NCBI GenBank assembly: GCA_004431415.1
Contig: QPMI01000690.1
Span: 1-55,535 of the forward strand
Reading direction: 5' to 3'
DNA: 55,535 nt
Origin: Cyanophora paradoxa CCMP329
Taxonomy: Eukaryota; Plantae; Glaucophyta
Position 1 is the first letter of the stretch, and every line of letters starts with the position of its first letter. A program made the translations under genes and the position numbers. The notes beneath the pieces are model-generated. The model ran no database searches. It saw nothing but the letters and a program-made list of their open reading frames with translations, and was not told the origin of the DNA. This document shows positions 46,044 to 55,535 of this stretch, one piece after another.

Positions 46044-47929
46044 TGCGTGGGTACCGGTGCTGCATCACGGCCCTGCATGCGTACGTACGTACGTACGCCC
46101 ACGTATACGAACGAAATTTTGCAACAGAATTCGAAATAAAAACCTTTGCACCGCATGGTACTGCGTATACCGCACTACGTATACCGCGTCGTGTGATCAT
46201 GCCTGAGTCGGCGTGACTCTCGTGGTGACTCACTGCAGCTGGCTCACTGCCAGCTAGAGTCACTGGTGAGTCGCGTCGCGTATACGTACTACAGTATACC
46301 AGGTCACAGCTCGCGGAAAAAAGGCGCATAGGCCGGTCTAGGACTTTAATTTCTCCCAGTGAAGATTTTCTCGCGAGCTCCAGCCATTGGATGAAAACGT
46401 TTCATTTGCGTACCCCAAACCTTCGTTCGCGCTCGTTCAACATGAAAGCTGCGCACAAAGCACTTCGTACCCACGCCTTCTTGCAGAGTCAGCGCCGCAG
46501 CGGAGAAAGCTGGTCGCCCCGCCGGCTTTCAGCAGCCTCCTTAGGTCCAGTGAGCTTCAGGGAAGCGGCGAAGGCGGCCCCAGGTGGCGGCAGTCCGCGG
46601 CGGCACTTTTGAGCGCGGAACAGGACCTGTTGACCGCCCACTCTCTTCCCACGCATCGAAGGCAGGTTCTGTATTCACTCTGATGCACTAGGACGCGTCC
46701 CGGGCTCTGGCGGTTCCTCACCGGACTCGCAACCGCAGTGGCACCTCCTTCACAGCACGCCTCCACGCACGCTACGCGTATACTATGCAAGCTAACGATC
46801 ATGCGGGTGCGTGTCTGCACGCGCCGCGCGCTGCCCAGCTGATGCGATGAGGTCGCTCCCGCCGTGTGCAGTTGTCTCCCAAAGTGCCAGAGCCGGGCCT
46901 CAGCGTAACGAGTGGATGCTACTCAAGCTACATAAGCTGTAGGCGAGCGAAGAAGGGTCGCTCAACAGCTCAGTTCCGCGCTAATCGAAAACGCGTTTGC
47001 AGGTCTCCCTAGTCCTTGGCGCCGACGACGGGGCCTCGCCGCCGGCTGCGCATCGTCGTTTCACGATGTACAGGTGCTATACTTCCTTTCCGCTCTCTTC
47101 TGCGACCATTTCGCCGCCGCCTGATCGACCACCACCACCACCAAGGCGCGGTCCTTCACCTCGGCGGCAGCCCTGGGCGGAATGACACGCAGCGGCATTC
47201 CGAGGCGTACGCAAGTGTGTTTTATAGCTTCTAGAACACCCCACGCCCTTCCCTTCGATGTGGCGCTCGCCCATGTCGCCCGTGTGCAAGGCACCTCGCT
47301 GTCTCTCGCGCGCGGGCGGGGCGTGGCGGCACTCCTTCTGGCATGTGAGGGCGTTGTACTGCATGCATAGGTGGGAAAGCGCACAACAAGACGAGCGGTG
47401 CCGGGGCGGCGAAACGCGCCGGATGGGCGGAAGCCGCGATTCGAACAACCGGGACCGATCCAGCGGCAGTCCTGGCGCCTGGCCCGCTCTATAGCTCGGG
47501 ACATACATCTAAAGCACGGTGAGAGCGTTGACGGAAGACGCGCGCCGCAGGATGGCTTTCGAGGAGCGTTTGTCTGCGGCGGGCGCGGCAAGCGAGCGAG
47601 AGCGTCGCATATACATCCCAAGCGCGCGGAGAGCGCGGAGGCCGAGCGCTGGAGCGAGCGGAGCGAGCTAGCCGGCGGCAAGTTTGGGCGAACGAAGGCT
47701 TTAGCGGGGGTAGCGCTAGCTAGTTGCACGTGGCTCACGTGCGCTGAGCCAATCCGATTTGCAGGAAGCACCGGATCGCGTTTCTATTGGCCGACTCGGA
47801 ATATATATATTCGGCAATTCCCTTGACTTAAAGTCTTGGTATATTTGGGGGGCCCTATATCGTGACTCAACGAGTAACACCGAACGGTCGCCCTTTTTTC
47901 CGCGAGCTGTGGGTAGTCCGAGTCCGTGC

Positions 47930-48915
47930 GTGACGCGACGTCGACGTCGCGACTCGCGATCGCGAGTCGCGATCGACTAACATGCACATGCATGCATATG
48001 CATATGTACATATTTTAACGTTATCCAGATTCATGACCGTACGCCGGTCCACTCAAATTAATAATTTTTATATCCGTACGCGTGACGCGTCGATCGACTT
48101 ATATAATGTTATATATATACACGTATCAATATCATAGCGCTAGCATATCCATACGCGTACGTCGACGTCCATCGCGCAAATGAATGTGACTAAAATTAAT
48201 TCAGTGTACATGTTAATTTTATAACTGAAACTCTACGCCACCGCAGCGGTGCGACGTTCGTGCAAGAATCAACGCCACGTTCCACGGTTCGGGCCGCTGA
48301 ATTAATCGGGCGCCGAGCATCGCGGGCGATCTGACGCCACTCACTGAGTCAGGCTGCCTCGCGTTAAACTCGACGCCATAGAGCAGCAGCTTCCAAGTCG
48401 GCGACGCTCGTGTGTGATCCAACGCTACGGTGCGGGGCGCCAATAGCGGCGGATCCAACGCCACTGCATTGCGTTAAACTGGACGCTACGATTCGGGCGC
48501 CGAGCATCGCGGGAGATTCAACGCCACTGCCTCGCATTAAACTCGGCAATGATCGTGTGAAATCCAACGCTACGGACCGCCAACGGTGCGGGGCGCCAAG
48601 AGGGGAGGATTCAACGCCACTGCAATGCGACTGTATTGCGTTAAACTGGACGCCACGGTACGGGCGCCAAGCCCCGCGGGGGATCCAATGCCACTGCTTC
48701 GCGTTAAACTTGACGCCATATTGCAGCTAGCGTTTCCCAATTGCAAGCTCAACCTCGTGTGATCATGAGATCTAACGCTACGGTGCGTGGCGTCAAGCCG
48801 CGGGAGATAAAACGCCACTGCATTGCGTTTGACTCGACGCCATATTCAATGACTGCAGCTTGGCGACGCTCGTACAAGATCCAACGCTACGCGTATACGT
48901 ACGTATACGCGTGCA
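47930..48915. other. Candidate replication origin: palindromes + AT-rich tract + iterated RACGCYAC motifs
   Basis: 26-bp palindrome at 47947-47972, AT-rich tract at 47980-48230, and about 17 co-oriented motif copies at 48234-48890. Confidence 0.45.
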
Positions 48916-51425
48916 TGGTAAACGTATGCATAGCATTGCATACCCGCCGGCGCCGGGCCGGTATACCGTACGTTGGCCGGGTAGTACCGGTGCGGCCCGG
49001 GCGCCGGGCGCCGCGGGCCACGGTAACTAGAACGTTGACGTCGACGTTCACGTTGGTCGCAGTTGCAATGGGGTACAGCTGGTCTCGAGGAAAAAAAACA
49101 ACGACTTGCAGCAGCAGCAGCAGCCGGCGAGCCGGGCACGGATCGACTCCATCATCCTCGCACACCACCACGCATCCCAGCTTGCCCAGCAGCGTGTACG
49201 CGCACTCGCGGAGTAGCCCGGCCGATCGGCCAGTGTGCGATCAACGTCGAGGCGCGCCGCAGGTACCGGTTTCTAGCACAGATCAAAGAGATGCCGCACG
49301 CGAGCCGCGCCACTGAGCGGTCCGTGTCGTCGGGGGATTGTCCGAGCGTGCGCGCTCCGAGGTTCGCCCCGCCCGCTCTCGCCTCGGACAGCCGGGACAG
49401 GTCGCCGGGCACGGGCGCTCTTCTGACGCTCGGCGGAACCTCGGGGATCACGCAGACTATCTACTGAAGCTCCGCGGGGATCCCTTGCGCCCTCGTTGAC
49501 GTGTGCGTCGCCGCCGGCCTCCGGACGCGTTGGTTGACCTGACCTCGTCGCGCAGCGCTCTCAGGAGCGTGATCGAGCACCGTGCACCAAAGTCGCGCCT
49601 CTTGACACGCCTGGGACGCGCCGCCGCGACGGGTTCGCTCCCGCCCGCTCCCGGCCTCGCGCTCTCGATCCGATCGGGCGCTCGCGCGACGCGTCGGCGG
49701 CAGGCCTCGTCGACGCGTCGCGACCCTTGGCCGCGCGCGTACGCGACGGAGCGGCGCCCGGCGGCCCGCAGAGCGCGCATACCGCCTGCAAGAAGTGTCC
49801 CCCGCGGCCGCACGGACTCTCTTGCATCGCGCGTACTTTCCCACCTCGCCTCTCGTACGAACCCTGACCGTCTTTGCAGCGGCGTGGCGCGACAGACGAC
49901 CCGCCTCCCGTACCCCTGGCTACGCGGCGGCAGCGAGGGGGTAGAGGTGAGCGCGGGAGACTCCCCCCCCCAAGGGACCTGAGCCGCCCCCCTTCTTCCC
50001 GCCCGCAGATCCGCTCCTTCTGGGGCGGCGGGGCGAGTCTCCACCGGCCCCCGTACCCCTGGCTACGGCGGCGGCGGCGGTGAGGGGGTAGAGGTGCGCG
50101 CGGGAGACTCGCCGGCCCCCCCCAAGGGACCTGAGCCGCCCCCTTCTTCCCGCCCGCAGATCCCGTCCTTCTGGGGCGGCGGGCGAGTCTCCACGGCCCC
50201 CGTACCCTGGCTACGGCGGCGGCGGCGGCGAGGGGTAGAGGTGCGCGCGGGAGACTCGCCGGCCTCCCCAGGGACCTGAGCCGCGCCCTTCTTCCCCGCC
50301 CGCAGATCCGAGCCTTCTGGGGCGGCGGGCGAGTCTCCACCTCCCGTACCCCTGGTTACGGCGGCGGCGGCGAGGGGGTAGAGGTGAGCGCGGGAGACTC
50401 GCCGGCCTCCCCCGAGGGACCCTGACCCGCGCCCCGTCTTCCCGCCCGCAGATCCCGCCCCCTCTAGGGGCGGCGGGGCGAGTCTCCACCGCCCCCCGTA
50501 CCCCTGGCTACGGCGGCGGCGAGGGGGGTAGAGGTGCGCGCGGGAGACTCGCCGGCCTCCCCCGAGGGACCCTGACCCGCGCCCCGTCTTCCCGCCCGCA
50601 GATCCCGCCCCCTCTAGGGGCGGCGGGGCGAGTCTCCACCGGCCCCCGTACCCCTGGCTACGGAGGCGGCGGCGGGGGGGGGGGTAGAGGTGAGCGCGGG
50701 CGACTCGCCGCCCCTCCCCAGGGACCCTGACTCGCGTCCTTCTTCCCGCCCGCAGATCCCGCTCCTTCTGGGGCGACGGGGCGAGTTTCCACCGGGCCCC
50801 GTACCCCTGGCTACGGCGGCGGCGGCGAAGGGGGGTAGAGGTGCGCGCGGGAGACTCGCCGGCCTCCCCCCAGGGACCTGAGCCGCGCCCCTTCTTCCCC
50901 GCCCGCAGATCCCGAGCCTTCTGGGGCGGCGGGGCGAGTCTCCACCTCCCCCGTACCCCTGGTTACGGGCGGCGGCGGCGAGGGGGGTAGAGGTGAGCGT
51001 GGGAGACTCGCCGGCCTCCCCCCAGGGACCTGAGCCGCTGCCCCGTCTTCCCGCCCGCAGATCCCGAGCCTTCTGGGGCGGCGGGGCGAGTCTCCACTGG
51101 CCACCGTACCCCTGGCTACGGGCGGCGGCGGCAAGGGGGGTAGAGGTGAGCGCGGGAGACTCGCCGGCCTCCCCCGAGGGACCTGACCCGCCCCCCTTCT
51201 TCCCGCCCGCAGATCCCGAGCCTTCTGGGGCGGCGGGGCGAGTCTCCACCGACCCCTGTACCCCCTGCCTACGGCGGCGGCGGCGAGGGGGGTAGAGGTG
51301 AGCGCGGGAGACTCGCCCCGCCGCCCCCTGGGGCCCCGCCCCGCCCCGCCCCCCCCGCCCCTCCCCTCTCGGACTCATCGGCCCCTCAATTCGACAGGGC
51401 TGCGGGCGGAGCGCGGGGGGCGCGG

Positions 51426-51908
51426 CTACGCGCGCTGCGGGACGGGCGGCCAGCTGTAAGAGCCGAGGGCGAGGGAGAGGGCGTCGTAGGCGAGCCAGAA
51501 GCCCTCCTGCGGCTCCGGGGGCGCCGCGAAGAGGGCCCGCGGCGCCATGCGCTCCTGCGCGCGCCGGGACGCGTTGCGGGTCGACCGGTGGAGACCGAAG
51601 AGGCGGGCGGCGTGGGGGCAGCGGCTGGGCTTCAGCGTCGCGGCCGCGAGCTCCCGTGCGTGCTCGCCGCCCAGAAACTGCCTCAGCTCCTTGGCGCTCA
51701 GACGCGACAGCGCCCTGACCATCCCCTCCGTCTCCAGGTCGACGTGCAGCACCTGCCAGGGCGCGATCCGCTCCGCGGTGCGACGGGACGCGGCGCGGGT
51801 CGACTTGCGGATGGCGACGATGGCGGCGACGGGGCAGCGGGTCACGGTCGCGGACGCGTCGTCCCCGGCCGCGGCGCGGGTCGCGACGCGAGCGGTGGTG
51901 CGGGGCAT
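51426..51908 (-). CDS. Intact copy of the 160-aa hypothetical protein (3058-3536)
   Basis: In-frame ATG at 51908 within ORF 51426..53000, with TATAAAT upstream. Confidence 0.6.
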   Translation of the reverse strand: MPRTTARVATRAAAGDDASATVTRCPVAAIVAIRKSTRAASRRTAERIAPWQVLHVDLETEGMVRALSRLSAKELRQFLGGEHARELAAATLKPSRCPHAARLFGLHRSTRNASRRAQERMAPRALFAAPPEPQEGFWLAYDALSLALGSYSWPPVPQRA

Positions 51909-52351
51909 CTTGTTTCGATTCGAGAGAGAGAGAGAGTGGCACGAGGCCGGGCGCGCCCCCCATTTATACCCCCGAGGGGCAGGGCTCGGCCCGAATCGGG
52001 CACCCCCCCCCTTTCCCCTCCCCTCCTCTCCTCCCCACGTACCCCCCATCCTGACCTGTTCCCTCGCCCCGCAGGTCCCTTTCGTCTCCGCGCCTGGGGC
52101 CCCGCCCCGCCCGCCGCCCACCCCCTCCACTCCCCCCCTCCCCACCCTTCTCGCCCAGGTACCCCCTCCTCGCCCCCTCCCCCCCGCCTGGAGACTCGCC
52201 GCGCCCCCCGCAAACGTCCCCGCCCTCACCCCCCCCCCGCCACGCAGGCCGAGGCCGCGGTGGGTACACGGATACGTTGCCGCTGCAGGAGCGGGGGGTA
52301 CCCGCGCGGCTACCCCGGGCGCCCCCGGTCCGCGCGCCCCGCCCTCTGCCC

Positions 52352-52984
52352 CTATCGACCGACGAGCTGAGCGTCCGGGCGCAGCGCCGATCGGGAGGGC
52401 GTCTCGGCGGACCGCGTGCACGGAAAGGAGAGGGAGGCGGGCGGCGGGGCCCCGAAGGACATCCAGTCGACGCTGGCGAATCGCCGCCGGAACGGTTCCG
52501 GCATGAAGCCCAGCGTCCCCTCGGCCTCGGCGGCGAGCCGCGCGGCGTACCCCGGGTCCTCCGGGCGAGGCGGGGTGCTCGCGGCGGCAAAGTAGGCGCC
52601 TCCGACGGGGCACGGCGCGCGGCACACGGGCAGCTCGCCGCCCTCCAGCGGACCATGCAGCCGTGCACATCACGTGACCGCACGCCTCGGAGACGGGCCG
52701 CGTCACCGGCTCGAGGCAGACGGGGCACTCGTCGGTCCAGCGGAGCGGCGACGGCGGCCGGCGGCGCGGTTCTGGAAGCAGCGCCAGGCGATGCAGCAGG
52801 CGAGGCCAAAGTCGATGTGCCGCTCCCGCGCCGCCTCGTCCTCCTCGGGGTCGGCCCGAGCGGCATCTCGATCGTCTCGAAGCGGATCCGGCCCTCGGGC
52901 GTCGTGCCCACCGCCAGCGCGCAGCGCGAGACCCCCTCTCCGATCGTACTCGATGAGCCGGTGCGCGGGTACCCCCGCCTGCAT
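52352..52984 (-). CDS. Second copy of the RING gene (indel-broken)
   Basis: Fragments MQAGVPAH, ECPVCLEP and FRRRFASVDW lie in different frames. Confidence 0.7.
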
Positions 52985-53173
52985 TTCTCCCCGGGCTCAA
53001 CGCTGACGGGGTACCCCTCAGGTCGCCTCTTTTAGGCTCGCCCCGCGGGGGTACGCCCGAGGCGGCGCGGCGATCCGGGCCCCCGTTTCGGCGCAGCCGT
53101 CGGAGACGCGATAAAAAGGGGACGGGCGGGCCTGAATCCGCACACTCTTCGCCGAGCTCTGCACCCCGCGATC

Positions 53174-55535
53174 ATGCCTCCCGTCGCGTCTCCCTCGTCG
53201 TCGCCGCCGTCGAGTCTCCCGGCGGCGCGTCGCCCCCGAAACGGGAGGCGGCGCCGGCGGCGTCGCGGCCGGGCCCGGCCCCGCGTCGCGTCTCCACTCC
53301 TCGGCCCGCCCCGTCGCAATCGGCGAGGATGGGCGGGGGGCGTGGACGCGGCGGGCTCGGCGGGGGCGGAGCCCATGGAGGTCGACGTCGCGCCGGGCCG
53401 CCGCCGCCGCCGCCGCCCGGGTCCGGCTGGAGGCCCACGCCCTCGTCAAGCCGGCCGTCCCGGGCCTCCCGACCCTTCAACCAGCGCTGGCGCCGCCGCC
53501 CCCTCCGCGACCTCGTCGACGCGGCGGCGCGGCGCGCCTTCTGCCAGGCCGCCTCCACCCTCGCCGTCCGCCGCCCCGACGGCTCCCAGACCGCCTGCGT
53601 CTACGCCGGATTCCTCGACTTTGACGCCGCCGGCATCGCGCCCTCGGAGAAGAAGGGCCTCGCCGCCAGGGCCGCCCCGCTGCGCACCCTCGCCGAGCTC
53701 TTCGCCGCCGAGCCGCGCCTCCTGGAGCCGGCCGGGACCGCGTACAGGCTTCGCCAGGCGTGCGGGGCGTACCCCCCGCGCCCGGCGAGGCGCCGCTCGA
53801 GTGCCTCGTCACCTTCAGCGGCCTCAAGGCTTCCACGTCTCTCCCTCCGCCACCCGCCACTGCTCGTCCGGGCCCCCGGGCGGCGCGTCAAGGCGGACGG
53901 CCAGGTGGAGCCGGCGGCGGCCGGCGGCGGCCGGCCTACTCCGTGGACGACCTCCTGGAGACGGCGCTCGTACCCCTGCTCCGCAGGCTGCCGGGCCTCT
54001 CCGAGGAGGACGTGCTCGGCATCGTGGCGGCGATCGACAGGTCCCCGCTCAACCCCAACTGCGGCCTCCGCCTCGACGAGTTACCCCCACCCGCTCACGG
54101 GGGCGGTACCCGTCGCCGTCTCGGGCCCGACCTCGACGCCCTGATCGAGCCCGACGGCGAGGCGGCGGAGCGGGTCCTCATCGCCGGCGACGGCCCCGCC
54201 CCGGAGATCTCGGCCTTTCTCTCCGGCCTCTTCGCCGACCTGGAGCGGCGCGTGGGGACGGAGGAGGCCGTGGCCGCCCTCCCGGCCCTCCCCGAGGCCC
54301 CGAGCGCCCCGCGCGAGGGCGGCGGCGCGAGCAGGAAGCGTCGGCGGGACGGGAGCCCGGCCCGGGGCGGCGCCGGCAGCGCGCCCGAGGCCCTGCGCCG
54401 GGCCCTGGAGCTCGCCCCGCACCATCGCGATCGGCGGGGCGCGCCCCGCAAGGTCCGACTCGTGGGGCGCTCGGAGGACGGGCGCTACGTCACGTTTCGC
54501 GTCAGCCCCGCGGCGGGCAGCGGCGCCCGGTGCCACCTCGGCGTCGAGCACGACTGGCGCGGGACCCTCTGCTCGGTCTCGCAGCTCCTCCCGGGGGCGA
54601 GCATGGTGGCGTTCCGGTGCGGGGGCCAGAACCACTCGGACTGCGCCCGGCGCCCCGTCTTTGGGCGGCCCGTCTGGGACGGGGCGCGGGCGGACCCGGC
54701 CGAGGAGGCGGCGGACGACGCGGCCCTCGTGGCCCTCGGCGAGTGCCTCTCGAGCATCGCGGACGGGGCGCGCGGCGGCGGCGCCGCCCCGCCCGCCCGC
54801 ACCCTCCCGTACCCCTTCTCCGTCGTCCCCCGCACCAACGACCGCGTCTACTCTGTCGACGCGCCCTGCGCCGAGTGCGGCGGGGCGCGCGGGGGCGTGC
54901 TCGTCGACGTTCTGGCGCGCGAGGTCAAGGCGTTCCCGTGCGCCGGCTGCAAGGCGGCGAGCCCCGAGGGGCGCACCCGTCGCCTCGACCTCCTCCCCGA
55001 GCTGGGCTCGGAGCTGCGCGCCGCGGAGGACGCCGTGCAGCGCGCCCTCGTCGCGCGGGCGCTGGAGGCGAACGGGGGCCCCGGCATCGCGCTCTTCGGC
55101 GCCGCGGGCCCGAAGGGCTGGCTGGAGGCCCTCCCGCCCCTCGGCGGGCAGGCCGGGGAGCAGCTCGTCGCGATCATCGAGGTGCTGCGCCAGCGGGTCG
55201 TGGCCAAGGACTGGTCCGGCGAGCCGATCCGCCGCGGGCTCGTGCCGGAGGCGGCGCGGAAGGCGCTGGACGCGCTCCCGCTCCCCGACCTGCGCGAGCC
55301 CCCGGGCGGCCCGCCGGCGGGGGCTTCGACTGGCGTGACATCGTCCACGACGCCAACGACCTCGGCGACCCGCGGCGCCGGTGGGTGGACAAGGAGGCGG
55401 TCGAGGGGGCGCTCCGCGGGCCGGCCACGCGGCGAGGCATGCTCTTCCTCCGGGCGCAGACGGGTACGGGCAAGTCGCAGGCGATCGTCCACCTCCTCGC
55501 CGAGATGCGCAAGTCCCCCGCCGCGTACGGCCTGC
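53174..55535 (+). CDS. Second copy of the primase-helicase 5' part, truncated at the window end
   Basis: Matches 4809-7175, including FLDFD and Walker A. Confidence 0.8.
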   Translation, partial: MPPVASPSSSPPSSLPAARRPRNGRRRRRRRGRARPRVASPLLGPPRRNRRGWAGGVDAAGSAGAEPMEVDVAPGRRRRRRPGPAGGPRPRQAGRPGPPDPSTSAGAAAPSATSSTRRRGAPSARPPPPSPSAAPTAPRPPASTPDSSTLTPPASRPRRRRASPPGPPRCAPSPSSSPPSRASWSRPGPRTGFARRAGRTPRARRGAARVPRHLQRPQGFHVSPSATRHCSSGPPGGASRRTARWSRRRPAAAGLLRGRPPGDGARTPAPQAAGPLRGGRARHRGGDRQVPAQPQLRPPPRRVTPTRSRGRYPSPSRARPRRPDRARRRGGGAGPHRRRRPRPGDLGLSLRPLRRPGAARGDGGGRGRPPGPPRGPERPARGRRREQEASAGREPGPGRRRQRARGPAPGPGARPAPSRSAGRAPQGPTRGALGGRALRHVSRQPRGGQRRPVPPRRRARLARDPLLGLAAPPGGEHGGVPVRGPEPLGLRPAPRLWAARLGRGAGGPGRGGGGRRGPRGPRRVPLEHRGRGARRRRRPARPHPPVPLLRRPPHQRPRLLCRRALRRVRRGARGRARRRSGARGQGVPVRRLQGGEPRGAHPSPRPPPRAGLGAARRGGRRAARPRRAGAGGERGPRHRALRRRGPEGLAGGPPAPRRAGRGAARRDHRGAAPAGRGQGLVRRADPPRARAGGGAEGAGRAPAPRPARAPGRPAGGGFDWRDIVHDANDLGDPRRRWVDKEAVEGALRGPATRRGMLFLRAQTGTGKSQAIVHLLAEMRKSPAAYGL

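Larger units (their letters stand above)
1..48341. mobile_element. ~48.3 kb circular (or tandemly repeated) eukaryotic plasmid/virus-like element with primase-helicase and tyrosine recombinase
   Basis: Sequence from 48342 re-enters position 1 (CACTGAGTCAGGCTGCC). The unit carries replication, recombination, transcription and chromatin genes, spliceosomal introns and iterated cis-motifs. Confidence 0.8.
48342..55535 (+). repeat. Second copy of 1-7175 (terminal redundancy)
   Basis: ORF 23..226 recurs at 48364..48567, and the window end matches 7141-7175. Differences are mostly 1-nt indels in homopolymers. Confidence 0.97.

Overview
The window is one very GC-rich unit of about 48.3 kb plus a repeat of its first ~7.2 kb (1-7175 recurs at 48342-55535, offset 48,341). 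This implies a circular molecule with an untrimmed assembly overlap, or a head-to-tail tandem array. Short GT/GC-AG spliceosomal introns show it is expressed in a eukaryotic nucleus. The host cannot be named. Single-base homopolymer indels break many frames and look like long-read errors. Once introns and indels are reconstructed, the unit reads as a self-replicating, recombinase-mobilised nuclear element with no recognisable capsid or packaging genes. Core genes: (i) an AEP primase / UL52-like Zn finger / UL9-type SF2 helicase fusion; (ii) a spliced Bro-N-like / Ulp1 protease / tyrosine recombinase / Zn finger / AT-hook protein; (iii) TFIIB; (iv) a 9-exon histone H3 variant with CenH3-like fold signatures. 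Accessory genes: an intron-rich AAA+ ATPase, two GIY-YIG paralogs (one apparently dead), RING proteins, a Skp1/BTB-like protein and a likely beta-propeller. Non-coding architecture: several tandem arrays sharing one 13-bp motif (CTGGARACTCGCC), two large inverted-repeat arms around the TFIIB-H3-recombinase segment, an AT-rich iterated-motif origin candidate, and a perfect 16-bp inverted repeat that may be the recombination site or circle junction. All domain calls are by-eye motif recognition, not database searches.
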